From: Coprobacillus sp.
GTDB taxonomy: Bacteria > Bacillota_I > Bacilli_A > RFN20 > CAG-826
Direction: 5' to 3'
Assembly: GCA_021203805.1 (NCBI GenBank)
Contig: JAJQAM010000046.1
Span: 23,840-87,839, forward strand
Length of the DNA: 64,000 bases
Position numbers and translations under genes: made by a program. The notes below the pieces were generated by a model that was not told where the DNA came from, made no database searches, and saw only the letters and a list, made by a program, of their open reading frames with translations. This document shows, piece by piece, positions 9,500 through 19,956 of the stretch (positions are counted from its first letter, which is position 1; each line of letters opens with the position of its first letter).

Positions 9500-10338
9500 A
9501 CGCCCATTCTGACCTCCACAAGTATCATAATAACGGCAATCATGTTATTGAGGAAGTGAGCAAAGAAGCTCGCTCCAAATCCCCTTCTATCATATATGAA
9601 ACTGAAGATAACTGCGGCAATTAAATAGGAAGGCAAGTTAATCAGTTCATTAGCAAGCTCTTCATTCCATCCGCCTATAAGGGTTGAGAAATCAAAGTGA
9701 ATAAGAGCAAATATCACCATGGTAAGTAGGTAGGCTGCCCACTTATTGATTCTCCTTAAAAAGGAGAATAGTCCCACTCTATAGGTTGTCTCTTCCACAA
9801 GGGGTCCGATAAGACCAAAGACAAGAAGAGAGGCAAAGGGATATAGCTCTGTTAAGGTATTGATACTACTTTGATTATTATTTCCACTCGTAGTGTAGAA
9901 AAGACTAATAATCATCGAGTAAAGCCCAGTTACTAAGATTAAGACAATAAAGGCAAGAAATCCATATAGATACGTCTCACCTTTCGTGAAGGCCTTAGAA
10001 AAGCTCTTTCGGTCCTTAAAGAGAAGAGCAAAGAGACACACCATCACTAAAGCGTATGCTGCAATATTGATGGTCATGGAGGCCTGGTTAGTATAGAGGA
10101 AGTCGCTATCACTTGCTACCCCCATAATAATAACCTCAGTGATAAGGGCAAAGATCTCTAATCCAACAAGTCCAATAAGAAACGCTATTACTTCCTTAGC
10201 GGGAGTAACCATAATCATTTTATTAAATCCGTCGAAGCGGGCAGCTGATGTATTTTCGGCGTGACAATTAGGGCATTCGTCCCCAACCTCATCGTACTCC
10301 GTTCCACAGTTTGGACAGTAGCTCTTAGAGAAATGCAT
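9496..10338 (-). CDS. CPBP (CAAX/Abi) intramembrane glutamic protease with N-terminal zinc ribbon
   Basis: 280 aa. CPNC...CPNC ribbon plus CPBP motifs EETTYR, FALIHF and HFLNN. ATGA overlap with the TraX gene. Confidence 0.75.
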   Translation of the reverse strand: MHFSKSYCPNCGTEYDEVGDECPNCHAENTSAARFDGFNKMIMVTPAKEVIAFLIGLVGLEIFALITEVIIMGVASDSDFLYTNQASMTINIAAYALVMVCLFALLFKDRKSFSKAFTKGETYLYGFLAFIVLILVTGLYSMIISLFYTTSGNNNQSSINTLTELYPFASLLVFGLIGPLVEETTYRVGLFSFLRRINKWAAYLLTMVIFALIHFDFSTLIGGWNEELANELINLPSYLIAAVIFSFIYDRRGFGASFFAHFLNNMIAVIMILVEVRMGV

Positions 10339-10418
10339 ATATAGAATAATACACTTTTTTAAAGTAAAGTGTTATCACTTTAATTTAAGCTAATATTTCG
10401 CTATAATGGAGGAGTTTT

Positions 10419-10796
10419 ATGAAAGAAGCTATATCTAATAGTAGTGATGAGACTGTGGTTCTCTCTTCTAGATTCATCGCTTTAGTTTATCCCGCTAGTG
10501 ACATAGGCGAGGTCAAAGCTATTCTAGCGGAGACGAAAAAAGAATATAAAAAAGCCACTCACTACGTCTATGCTTACCGCATAGGAGAAACCTCTAAAAG
10601 TAATGATGACGGCGAACCAAGTGGAACAAGCGGTCGTCCCATCCTTGAGCTTCTTTATAAAAAAGAGATTACTAATACCCTTGTTATTGTGGTGCGCTAC
10701 TTCGGTGGCTCTAAGCTTGGAGCAGGTAGGCTTCTTAGAACCTATGTAAGTGCCGCTAACGGGGCTCTTGATAAAGCGGAATATAGGGAGGTATAA
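10419..10796 (+). CDS. IMPACT/YigZ-family (UPF0029) N-terminal domain protein
   Basis: 125 aa with ATHYVYAYRIG...DDGEPSGTSGRPIL. GGAGGAG SD lies 4 nt upstream. The C-terminal domain found in full-length YigZ is absent. Confidence 0.7.
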   Translation: MKEAISNSSDETVVLSSRFIALVYPASDIGEVKAILAETKKEYKKATHYVYAYRIGETSKSNDDGEPSGTSGRPILELLYKKEITNTLVIVVRYFGGSKLGAGRLLRTYVSAANGALDKAEYREV

Positions 10797-10797
10797 A

Positions 10798-11595
10798 ATG
10801 CCAGACTGCGATTATAACTGTGAAGCCTGTGATGTCGAAAATTGTGACTCACGCACTGAGAAAGCTAGGCCCAACGAGCACTCAAACATCAAAAAAATTA
10901 TCGCTATTCTCTCCGGTAAGGGAGGAGTGGGTAAATCGTATGTTACCTCGCTAGTGGCGGTCTATCTTGCTCGGGACGGCTATAAAGTGGGAATTATGGA
11001 CGCTGATGTAACTGGCCCCTCTATTCCTAAGGCTTTTGGCCTTAAGGGCATGCTATCAAGCGATGGCACCTCGCTTTATCCTAAGGTGACTGACTCCGGG
11101 ATAAGAGTGGTCTCCTCTAATCTTCTCATGGAGAAAGAGGACGAGCCTATTATCTGGAGAGGCCCGCTTCTTGCCTCCCTTGTTAGACAGTTTTATGAAG
11201 ATGTCGCCTGGGGAGATCTCGACTATCTTCTTATTGATATGCCTCCAGGAACTGGAGACATTGCTCTCTCCATCTTTCAGCTTCTCCCAATCGATGAGCT
11301 CTATATTGTAACGTCTCCTCAAGACCTAGTCTCACTAATTGTTACAAAAGCGATAAAGATGGCGGAGCAAATGCATATAAAGGTCAGCGGAGTAATTGAA
11401 AATATGTCTTATATCGTCTGCCCTGACTGCGGCTCTAAAATAGAGCTATATGGCCATTCATCATCTTTAGATGATGTTATCGCCCATATCCCTCTTAATC
11501 CCGATAACACGCTTCTTATGGACACGGGTCTAGTAGAAAGCGCCGTGGAAGAGGCTATAATTCCAGTGGTTAATAAAATAAAGGAAGGAAAATAA
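10798..11595 (+). CDS. mrp: Mrp/ApbC/NBP35-family Fe-S cluster carrier ATPase
   Basis: Deviant Walker A SGKGGVGKS, CPDCG (CxxC) motif and N-terminal Cys cluster CDYNCEACDVENC. I start at ATG 10798 (GGGAGG upstream), not the track start at 10750, which lies inside the upstream gene. Confidence 0.85.
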   Translation: MPDCDYNCEACDVENCDSRTEKARPNEHSNIKKIIAILSGKGGVGKSYVTSLVAVYLARDGYKVGIMDADVTGPSIPKAFGLKGMLSSDGTSLYPKVTDSGIRVVSSNLLMEKEDEPIIWRGPLLASLVRQFYEDVAWGDLDYLLIDMPPGTGDIALSIFQLLPIDELYIVTSPQDLVSLIVTKAIKMAEQMHIKVSGVIENMSYIVCPDCGSKIELYGHSSSLDDVIAHIPLNPDNTLLMDTGLVESAVEEAIIPVVNKIKEGK

Positions 11596-11599
11596 AACT

Positions 11600-12877
11600 A
11601 TGGATGAACTAGAAAGAAGAAGAAATGAAGTCTTCAAATTAATGGCGGAAAATTCCGCGCTTATCGTACACGCCGGTGTCACGAAAATCTCAAGTGAGGA
11701 TGAGGAGCTCCCCTTTGTCACAAATACCTCCTTTTACTACCTCACTAATATTAGGCAGGAAAACTCAGTGGTCCTCCTTATTAAAGGAATTGGAGTAGAG
11801 CTTACTTATCTCTTTGTCGATGAGTATAGCGAGCTTAAAGAGAAGTGGACTGGGAAGAGACTTACGATTAAAGAGGCTCAGGATATCTCTCATATCGATA
11901 ATGTTTTGACCTCTAACACTCTTCAGGCCACCCTTGATAGTATCTTAAAGGGGCACTTTGGAGATATCGGTCAGATTAATACAATCTATCTCGACCTTAC
12001 TCCCGAGACGAAGATTGGCACTAAAAATGATGGAGAGCCCTATTTTACTAAAGATCTCGCCTCTGATATCAAAGCGATATTCCCCTATATTACCATTAAA
12101 AATGGTAAGGACTTAGTAACAAGTGTCAGACTTATTAAAAGCGAGTTTGAAATCGATTTAATTAAGAAAGCGATAGAGGCCACGAATAAAGGAATCATGC
12201 ATCTTCTTGCTAATCTTCACGGGGGCCAATATGAATGGGAAGTTTCTGATGACTTTGCCTACTACGGGAGAAAAGATAATCGAAGAGAGCTCTCTTTCCC
12301 CTCTATTATCGCGGGAGGAGCAAATGCGACATGCCTCCATTATCCTCAGCAAAACGATAAGCTTGATGATAAAGATCTCGTCTTATTTGACCTAGGATAT
12401 AGAGAAGATAATTACTGCGCGGATATCTCCCGTACCTATCCGATAAGCGGAAAGTTTAATGAGACGCAGCGTAAAGTCTATGAAGCGGTTCTTAACTGCA
12501 ATAAAGCAGTAATTGAATATGCGCATGTGGGTCTATCCTGTAAGGACCTTAATGATTTCACCATTGAATTCCTTAGAAAGGAATGTATCCGCCTAAAGCT
12601 CATGGAGCCAGGCGATGATATTCGAAAATATTATTATCACGGCGTCTCTCACTATCTAGGAATCGACACTCACGACGTGAGCTTTGGAAGAGATAAACCT
12701 CTTGAAGTGGGCAATGTTATTACCGTAGAGCCAGGTTTATATTTTAAGGAGCTTGGCATCGGCGTTCGTATCGAAGATAACGTCGTTATCCGTGATTGGG
12801 GCGCTGAGGTTTTATCTCCTGAGATTAAAAAAGAAATAAATGATATTGAAAAACTAATGTCCACTAAAGCGAGGTAA
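11600..12877 (+). CDS. pepP: Xaa-Pro aminopeptidase/dipeptidase (M24B)
   Basis: 425 aa with the M24 pita-bread ligand pattern: FDLGY..YCADISRT, HGVSHYLGIDTHD, EPGLY, RIEDNVVI. Confidence 0.8.
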   Translation: MDELERRRNEVFKLMAENSALIVHAGVTKISSEDEELPFVTNTSFYYLTNIRQENSVVLLIKGIGVELTYLFVDEYSELKEKWTGKRLTIKEAQDISHIDNVLTSNTLQATLDSILKGHFGDIGQINTIYLDLTPETKIGTKNDGEPYFTKDLASDIKAIFPYITIKNGKDLVTSVRLIKSEFEIDLIKKAIEATNKGIMHLLANLHGGQYEWEVSDDFAYYGRKDNRRELSFPSIIAGGANATCLHYPQQNDKLDDKDLVLFDLGYREDNYCADISRTYPISGKFNETQRKVYEAVLNCNKAVIEYAHVGLSCKDLNDFTIEFLRKECIRLKLMEPGDDIRKYYYHGVSHYLGIDTHDVSFGRDKPLEVGNVITVEPGLYFKELGIGVRIEDNVVIRDWGAEVLSPEIKKEINDIEKLMSTKAR

Positions 12878-12880
12878 TTA

Positions 12881-14365
12881 ATGGGGAAGTATATTCTCTC
12901 AATTGATCAAGGAACAACCTCATCAAGAGCCATTCTCTTCGACCATAATGGTCACATCTTTAAGAGTGCGTATCGGGAAATTAAAAACTATTTCCCTAAA
13001 CCAGGTTGGGTGGAGATTGACCCTCAAGAGATTTGGATCTCGGTCGTGGAAGTGGTGAATGAAGTATTAATTAAAGCTAATATTTCTTACTCTAGTATCG
13101 ACTCTATTGGAATCACTAATCAAAGAGAAACAGTCGTGGTCTGGGAAGAAGAAAGCGGTCTTCCGATTTATAACGCGATTAACTGGCAGTCTCGTCAAAG
13201 TAGTGAAATCTGCGAAAGATACACCGCTATGAAAGAATATATCCATAAGAAAACAGGTCTACTTATTAACCCTTATTTCAGTGCTTCTAAAATCAGATAT
13301 ATTTTAGAAAACGTCAAAGGCGCAGAGAAAAAGGCCAAAGAGGGAAAGCTTTTATGCGGAACGATTGACACCTGGCTTATGTATAAGATGAGCGAAGGTA
13401 AGATCTTTGCAACGGACGTCTCAAACGCTTCTAGGACCATGCTCTTTAATATCAATACTTGTGAGTGGGATAAAGACCTTCTCGATTTATTTAAGATTCC
13501 TAGCCACATGCTCCCTAAGGTTTGTCCCTCTTCTTATGACTACGGCATAGCCTCCTTTTTTGATAAGAATCTACATATATGCGGAGTCGCGGGAGACCAG
13601 CAGGCCTCTTTATTTGGTCATACCTGCTTTAAAAAAGGTGACTCGAAAAACACGTATGGAACGGGCTGCTTTATGCTCACTAATACCGGAAAGACCCCGG
13701 TTTACTCTAAAAATGGTCTATTGACCACCATTGCCTGGCAGGTGGGTAGTGAAATTACCTATGCCTTAGAGGGTAGCGTATTTATTGGCGGCGCGGTTGT
13801 TCAGTGGCTAAAAGACGAGATGAAGATGATTAGAACCTCGGATGAGAGCGAAAAGGAAGCCTATTTATGCGACACCACCGGCGGCGTTTATCTCGTCCCC
13901 GCTTTTGTGGGACTAGGAACTCCTTACTGGAATGATGACGTAAGAGGCGCGGTCTTTGGTCTTACGAGAGGCACGAATAAACATCAGTTTATAAGAGCCG
14001 CTCTCGATAGTATTGCCTATCAGTGCGCTGATGTATATGAGGTCATGAAGAAAGAGACAAAACTTGATATTCCAGTTCTCAGCGTCGATGGAGGGGCCAC
14101 TGAAAATAATTATCTCCTTCAGTTTGAAGCGGATATTCTTCGTATCTATATCGAGAGAACATCCTGTAAAGAGATTACCGCTTTAGGAGCCTGCTACCTC
14201 GCTGGTCTATATACCGGCTACTTCCCTACTATTGAATCGATTAAGAAAACGCACGAAGTAGAAAGAGCCTTTACAAGCGAGATCACTAGGGAGGAAGCAA
14301 ATAAATACATCGCTGGCTGGAAGAAAGCCGTTAAGGCCACTGAGGCCTATAAAGTAAGCGAGTAA
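12881..14365 (+). CDS. glpK: Glycerol kinase
   Basis: 494 aa with ILSIDQGTTSSRAILFD, GITNQRETVVVWE, GDQQASLFG and YALEGSVFIGGAVVQWL. Confidence 0.95.
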   Translation: MGKYILSIDQGTTSSRAILFDHNGHIFKSAYREIKNYFPKPGWVEIDPQEIWISVVEVVNEVLIKANISYSSIDSIGITNQRETVVVWEEESGLPIYNAINWQSRQSSEICERYTAMKEYIHKKTGLLINPYFSASKIRYILENVKGAEKKAKEGKLLCGTIDTWLMYKMSEGKIFATDVSNASRTMLFNINTCEWDKDLLDLFKIPSHMLPKVCPSSYDYGIASFFDKNLHICGVAGDQQASLFGHTCFKKGDSKNTYGTGCFMLTNTGKTPVYSKNGLLTTIAWQVGSEITYALEGSVFIGGAVVQWLKDEMKMIRTSDESEKEAYLCDTTGGVYLVPAFVGLGTPYWNDDVRGAVFGLTRGTNKHQFIRAALDSIAYQCADVYEVMKKETKLDIPVLSVDGGATENNYLLQFEADILRIYIERTSCKEITALGACYLAGLYTGYFPTIESIKKTHEVERAFTSEITREEANKYIAGWKKAVKATEAYKVSE

Positions 14366-14400
14366 TTTATAATTTTATTTATACAAGTATAAATTAAATT

Positions 14401-14431
14401 AAAAAAATAGCCCTTTACGAGCTATTTTTTT
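14401..14431 (+). terminator. Rho-independent terminator after glpK
   Basis: AAAAAAATAGC-(9 nt loop)-GCTATTTTTTT. Confidence 0.6.
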
Positions 14432-14450
14432 GTGTGCTAGAGTGAATGCT

Positions 14451-16775
14451 ATGAAAAAGAAACTTCTCGTTATTGCCCCCTCTAGCGCGCACCGCTATCT
14501 CTTTAGTGACTACCGCGCTAAAGATAGTTTTTGTGATGTGAAGATTGTATCTAAAGAGGAGCTTTATCACTCTTTTCTAAATAAATATGATTCGAGCTAT
14601 ATCGCTTATCTTATTGATAAGTTTGATCTCACTTATGACTTTGCTAGGGAAATCGTCTCCTATTTCCCGTATCTAGATAAAAAGGAGCCGAGAGCGGGCA
14701 CGATAACCCCTAAAATAGCGAGGATTATGGCCTATAAAGAAGAGTGCGAAAAGTCTTTGCTTGTTCATCCCGTTGAAAGGCCTTTCTTTCCTGAGCTTAT
14801 TTATGAAGGGAGAGAAAAAGAGCTTAGAGGGTATAGGCCGGAGGACTGCTACTTTAGTAAGCTTAATTTAGATTTTCCTACTACACTTAATATCGAGCCC
14901 GTTAGAGACTATGACGTTGACTATTTTGTGGACGCGGATGACGAGGTGCTCTATGTCCTTAACGAGATAAGCTCCCTCATAAGTCAGGGCGTTTCTCCCT
15001 CTAATATCTATATCACTTTTGAAAATAAGGACTATACTTATCTCCTCGTGAAATACGCTCCAATATTTAATCTAAAAATCAATCATTTAGTGCAAAAAAC
15101 TCTTAATACGGCGCCAATTTGTCTTGATTTTATTAAAAAACTTGAGGAGTGTCAGGACCTAGATTTAGCAACTGATTATCTCGAGTCAAATTGGAGCGAG
15201 GATCCTAATTACGGAGTCCTAATTAATCTAATTAGTGAGAATTCTTTTAAATTTCTTTCCCTAGATAAGCAGCTTTTAGTTTTTAAGAAGGTTTTTTCTG
15301 AAGAGATTATTCATTCTGAAACCTACCTCGGCGCGATTAATATTATTAGCGGCCCCACCCTTAATCCTAGCGATCATATTTTTGTGCTCGGCTTTGCACT
15401 TGACTATTACCCGAGAGAGAATAAAGAAACCTCTTATCTATCAGAAGATGAAAAAAGCATCATTGGATATTTTAGCGCTAACGAGCTTAATGAAAGCCGA
15501 AAAGCGGATGTTAAAGAGCTCTTATGCTCTGCTTCAACTATCCATCTCTCTTTCTCTGAATATGTCTTTGCCAATAAGTATTACCCAGTTGATCCTGATT
15601 TCATCAGTCAAAACTTTATTAAAGACCACTTTGTTAGTGAATACTTCTCAAAAGAATACGCCTATATCAATGCCTGTAAAGCGGAGGATCAACTCTCTAA
15701 TTATCTTCAGATGAGTGATAATGTAAGTTCTCTGAGAACTTACTGCCCTGAATTTAAAGATAATATCTATGGTGCCTATGATTATACTTTCTCTGGTTTA
15801 GATCAAGATGCATCTAGAAATAAAGTTCATATCTCATATAGCGGCGCTAGGCAGTATCTAGGCTGCCCCTTTGCCTATTACACTAACTATATACTAGGAA
15901 TAAAAGACGATAAAGACACCTTTAGCGCAGATGTTGGAACTATCGCTCACGAGGTCTACGAGCAGTATTACAAACTAGGTGGATCTTTTGACTTTGAAGA
16001 GGCCTATAGCGAAGCGGTTTTTAAACTTGCGGATAAGTTTGACACTCGTGACATGATCCTTCTTGACACTAATCTTAAGCAGTGGATTCATCATCTTCTT
16101 GATACCTTTAAGGTTCATGACGCCGCGATGGGAACTAAATTAACCCATACGTATGCTGAAACCTATGTCGATCATTTCCCAATTGATGATGAAGGAAAAA
16201 TAGAAATAAACGGGAAAATTGATAAAGCGATAGTTACGGATAACCATTATGCCTATATCGTTGACTATAAATCCTATGAGATGAAATTTAAGGAGAGTCA
16301 GATTAGCACGGGCGAAAGCCTTCAGCTTCCAACCTATCTTCTCTTATCAGAGTCCCCTGACTCGCATTTATCAAGCTATGATATCGCAGGCGTCTTCTAT
16401 CAAAGATATCTTCCGCCTAAACCATACGAAAATGATAACTATTATATCCTTACAGGAAAGATTCTTGATGAAGAAGAAGCCGTAAGTTCTTTTGACCCTG
16501 ATAGATCGTTTATTAAATACCCCACTCGAGGGGAAAGCGCTTTTTCAAGCGCCGATGATTTTGCGCGCTATAAAAAGATAGCAAGAGATACCTATCTAGA
16601 CCTCGGAAATAGAATTCTTAAAAACGACTTTTCTATTAGTCCAATCTTTTATAGTAAGTCAAAAAGCGCTTGTACGGACTGCCCTTATAAAGACATATGC
16701 TACCGCTTTAGCAAGGTAAATAGTGAAGACGAGGACGAAGAAGGCGGAGAGCTAGAGGAGGCTAGTAATGAGTAG
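14451..16775 (+). CDS. addB: AddB/RexB-type helicase-nuclease subunit B, compact, with degenerate P-loop
   Basis: The N-terminus LLVIAPSSAHRY occupies the AddB Walker A position, and I saw no GxxxxGK[ST] by eye. The C-terminal PD-(D/E)xK motif is GKIDKAIV...YIVDYKS. Four Cys fit an Fe-S staple (YLGCPFAYY; CTDCPYKDIC). Start taken at ATG 14451; the track start at 14430 is a TTG inside the glpK terminator. Confidence 0.8.
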   Translation: MKKKLLVIAPSSAHRYLFSDYRAKDSFCDVKIVSKEELYHSFLNKYDSSYIAYLIDKFDLTYDFAREIVSYFPYLDKKEPRAGTITPKIARIMAYKEECEKSLLVHPVERPFFPELIYEGREKELRGYRPEDCYFSKLNLDFPTTLNIEPVRDYDVDYFVDADDEVLYVLNEISSLISQGVSPSNIYITFENKDYTYLLVKYAPIFNLKINHLVQKTLNTAPICLDFIKKLEECQDLDLATDYLESNWSEDPNYGVLINLISENSFKFLSLDKQLLVFKKVFSEEIIHSETYLGAINIISGPTLNPSDHIFVLGFALDYYPRENKETSYLSEDEKSIIGYFSANELNESRKADVKELLCSASTIHLSFSEYVFANKYYPVDPDFISQNFIKDHFVSEYFSKEYAYINACKAEDQLSNYLQMSDNVSSLRTYCPEFKDNIYGAYDYTFSGLDQDASRNKVHISYSGARQYLGCPFAYYTNYILGIKDDKDTFSADVGTIAHEVYEQYYKLGGSFDFEEAYSEAVFKLADKFDTRDMILLDTNLKQWIHHLLDTFKVHDAAMGTKLTHTYAETYVDHFPIDDEGKIEINGKIDKAIVTDNHYAYIVDYKSYEMKFKESQISTGESLQLPTYLLLSESPDSHLSSYDIAGVFYQRYLPPKPYENDNYYILTGKILDEEEAVSSFDPDRSFIKYPTRGESAFSSADDFARYKKIARDTYLDLGNRILKNDFSISPIFYSKSKSACTDCPYKDICYRFSKVNSEDEDEEGGELEEASNE

Positions 16776-19700
16776 TGTTAATTTCTCCTCTTCTCAGCGT
16801 GAAGCGATAAAAGGGTATCCAAATACTAATATTTTAGTGAGCGCCGGCGCGGGAAGCGGTAAGACCACGGTCATGACGGAAAGAATTATAGAGCTTGTCT
16901 CTCAGGACACTCCTATTGATAAGTTCCTTGTTCTAACCTTTACAGACGCCGCCGCTAACTCGATGAAGAGTAAAATTAGAAAAGCTATCGCGGAAAGTCA
17001 AGACTCTAAGGTCCGTGAATCTCTTTCTAAGATAGATCAGTCTCATATTGAAACCTTTGACGCTTTTGCCCTCTATATCGTGAAGAAATACTCCTATCTT
17101 GATTCGATTAAACTCGATAAAGATATCTCAATTATCGATAAAGGAATTATCGAGATTAAAAGAAATGAAATCCTAGAGGAGACAATATGTGACTATCTTG
17201 ACTCAGACAGGGAGGAAGGCGAGGAATTCTTTGATATCTATACCGCTTACTCCTATAAAAACGATGATGAGATTAAAAAGACCATTAGCGACATCATTAA
17301 TAAAGCCCATCTCACCTCAAATAAAGATGAATACTATAAAAGCTGCATCAGTCTCTTTAATGAAGGTTTTATAAGAGAAAAAGTAAGGCAAGTTGTAAGC
17401 GATACAATTAGCGGACTTCACCATTATCTCGATATTGTTAATAATCCAAATTCCCTAAGTAGTCAGCGCTTAGTGGACCAGCTTAATGAATACCTTCATA
17501 GTGTCCTCTACTTTGATGATGGGAGAGAAAGAAAAACTTACGAAGAGCTTGCGGACGCGCTTAATAACATCGAGTTTAAGCGTAAACCCGCCAAGAGCAA
17601 AGACGATAGTGATGAGACGGCCGCCGCTGATAAAGCCTTAAACGATACGATTAGTGATTACATTAAAAGCCTTAAACCACTCTTTAGTTTTGAAAGCGAA
17701 GAAGAAATTGTAAGAGACTATATGTCTCACCGCTACGAAGCGGAGACTCTTGTTAATATCGCTCGTGAAGTCGACGATAAGCTCACTGAATATAAGAGAA
17801 GTCTAAATGTCTTTGAGTTCTCTGATATCTCCCTTATGTCGAGCGCTATTTTACGAGATAACCCCGAAGTCGCTAGTGAATTACGCGACTCATTTGAATA
17901 TATTTTTATCGATGAATATCAAGACACTAATGATATCCAAGAATCGGTAATTGACGCAATTAGTAAGAATAATGTCTATATGGTGGGAGATATCAAGCAG
18001 TCAATCTATGCTTTTAGAAACGCGGACTGTGAGATATTTAATGAGAAGTTTAATCTCTATAAAGCGGGAGAAGGCGGCAAAGAGATCGATATGAACGATA
18101 ACTACAGGAGCCGAAAAGAAATCGTAGAGGGTGTGAATACGATGTTTTCTGTTCTTATGAGCCCCGCGAGCATGGTCTCCTCATATTCTCCAATCGACTA
18201 TAAAAAGGGAAATCATAGCTTTACCTACGCCCGAAAAGACTATGAAGATCACAGCTTAAAGAAAGACTACGGCTTCTCAGTGAACCAGTTCCACTTTGAA
18301 AAGAGCGATGACCCTACCGCCCCCTCTATCTTTGACTATCAAGCTAGTCTCATCGCTGATGACATCATCTCGAGAATAAATAATGAAGAGAAGATATATG
18401 ACGAAGGAGAAGAAAGAGTAGTGAAATACTCCGATTTTGCTATCCTTATTCAGGCGAGCACTCACTTTTCTTCCATTCAAAGAGTGTTTAATGAAAAGCA
18501 TATTCCTCTCATCATAAAAAAAGACGAGGACTCAATAGACTATTCATTTAAACAGATTATCAAAAGCCTAGTAAAACTTGTCTATTTTATTTCTATTGAT
18601 GAATATAGTAACGATTTCTATCACGCTTTTGCCTCGGTTTACCGCTCCCCAATTGTCAAAATGGAAAATAAAGATGCCCATTTATATGAGTTATTCCGAA
18701 ATAAAGAGCTTATTAAAAGCGATGAACTCTTCCTTAAAATAAAAAACATTTCTGATCAAGTAAATTCCCTCTCACTTTCAGAAATTATGCTCGCCCTCTA
18801 CCGTGATTTTGATTTTCTTGGGACTATTTTTTCTCTAGCGTCCTACTCTAAAAACTCCCTTCTCTTTGATAAATTCCTCTCTAATAGCCTAGAAATGGAA
18901 AAGCTAGGTTACACCCTTAAAGAGTTTGTGGACTACTACGATGATATCGATAAATATAGCGTCTCTATTGAGATCCCATCTGATTCAAGTATTGAAAACG
19001 CGGTGGTCTTATCCACCATTCATAAAGCCAAGGGCCTTGAGTATCATATTTGCTATTTCCCCTTCCTTGACCAAGCGCCACGCGGGAATAATTTCCGTAG
19101 CCCCACTCCGAAATACATTACCCCAACAAAGAAAAACGGCCTTCTCTTCCCCTATAGGAAGCAGTCAAAAGAATATGTTTCTTCTTTCCTTCAAATTAAA
19201 ACCAGTAATGACGAGAAACTCGATAAGTTCTACGAGCAAATCCGTCTCCTCTATGTCTCTCTTACTAGAGCTAAAGATGAGAATATCATCTATCTAAAAG
19301 ATGATACGAAATCATGTCTCTTTTTAGACACCGCGAAAAACTTTGGTCAGTTTATTCAGTTTGCTCTAAATCATAATCCATATGATTTTAGAATAAACGA
19401 AGGAGTCGAGCCTAAAAACAATAGCCTTAACTATAGCGGTGAGGAGAGTAGTGAGGTGAAACCTATTACTATCTCCTCTATTAATCCTGACTATGAACTC
19501 ATAACTCGCACCCACGCCTCCAAAGAGATGAAGGAAGAAGTGGATGTGAACGCTCTTAGAAGAGGAAGCGAGCTTCACTACGTTTTAGAGCACCTTGATT
19601 TTGCTAGCCCTGACTTTTCTAAATTCCCAGGATTAGAGGAAAAAGACATCGCTCATATTCAAAATATGCTTAGCCTCGACATCTTTAAAGATGTCGAAAA

Positions 19701-19956
19701 TAAAGAGGTCCTCCATGAATTTAAATTCTATGATGAAAAAAACGGCCTTACCGGAGTCATAGACTGTATGCTAGTTAGCCCAGATAGAATCGATATCATT
19801 GACTTTAAAACGAATAATATAGAAGATGAGGCTTATTATAACCAGCTTCGAGCATATAAAGACTACATAAAACAGACTACGTCTCTTAGCGAAGAAGACA
19901 TTCATGTGCATTTACTCTCTCTTGCTGGTAAAATTGATTTAGACATAAAACTATGA
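16768..19956 (+). CDS. addA: AddA-type ATP-dependent helicase/nuclease subunit A (UvrD/PcrA superfamily 1)
   Basis: 1062 aa. Walker A GAGSGKTT, DEYQDT, helicase motifs (VGDIKQSIYAFRNA; TIHKAKGLEY; YVSLTRAK) and C-terminal nuclease motif GVIDCMLV...IIDFKTN. Overlaps addB by 8 nt. Confidence 0.9.
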   Translation: MSSVNFSSSQREAIKGYPNTNILVSAGAGSGKTTVMTERIIELVSQDTPIDKFLVLTFTDAAANSMKSKIRKAIAESQDSKVRESLSKIDQSHIETFDAFALYIVKKYSYLDSIKLDKDISIIDKGIIEIKRNEILEETICDYLDSDREEGEEFFDIYTAYSYKNDDEIKKTISDIINKAHLTSNKDEYYKSCISLFNEGFIREKVRQVVSDTISGLHHYLDIVNNPNSLSSQRLVDQLNEYLHSVLYFDDGRERKTYEELADALNNIEFKRKPAKSKDDSDETAAADKALNDTISDYIKSLKPLFSFESEEEIVRDYMSHRYEAETLVNIAREVDDKLTEYKRSLNVFEFSDISLMSSAILRDNPEVASELRDSFEYIFIDEYQDTNDIQESVIDAISKNNVYMVGDIKQSIYAFRNADCEIFNEKFNLYKAGEGGKEIDMNDNYRSRKEIVEGVNTMFSVLMSPASMVSSYSPIDYKKGNHSFTYARKDYEDHSLKKDYGFSVNQFHFEKSDDPTAPSIFDYQASLIADDIISRINNEEKIYDEGEERVVKYSDFAILIQASTHFSSIQRVFNEKHIPLIIKKDEDSIDYSFKQIIKSLVKLVYFISIDEYSNDFYHAFASVYRSPIVKMENKDAHLYELFRNKELIKSDELFLKIKNISDQVNSLSLSEIMLALYRDFDFLGTIFSLASYSKNSLLFDKFLSNSLEMEKLGYTLKEFVDYYDDIDKYSVSIEIPSDSSIENAVVLSTIHKAKGLEYHICYFPFLDQAPRGNNFRSPTPKYITPTKKNGLLFPYRKQSKEYVSSFLQIKTSNDEKLDKFYEQIRLLYVSLTRAKDENIIYLKDDTKSCLFLDTAKNFGQFIQFALNHNPYDFRINEGVEPKNNSLNYSGEESSEVKPITISSINPDYELITRTHASKEMKEEVDVNALRRGSELHYVLEHLDFASPDFSKFPGLEEKDIAHIQNMLSLDIFKDVENKEVLHEFKFYDEKNGLTGVIDCMLVSPDRIDIIDFKTNNIEDEAYYNQLRAYKDYIKQTTSLSEEDIHVHLLSLAGKIDLDIKL

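Noticed and set aside
10402-10414. TATAAT at 10402..10407 as the promoter of the IMPACT-family gene
   Set aside because: It abuts the strong GGAGGAG SD. A transcript starting after it would lose the SD, so the real promoter is probably further upstream and I could not place it.
14430-14450. Upstream alternative starts offered by the track (TTG 14430 addB, TTG 33455 gmk, TTG 55559 trmB, ATG 10750 mrp, ATG 62997 last ABC-cluster gene)
   Set aside because: These extensions fall inside a terminator, a -35 box or the preceding gene. In each case a downstream ATG matches the family N-terminus or signal peptide better.
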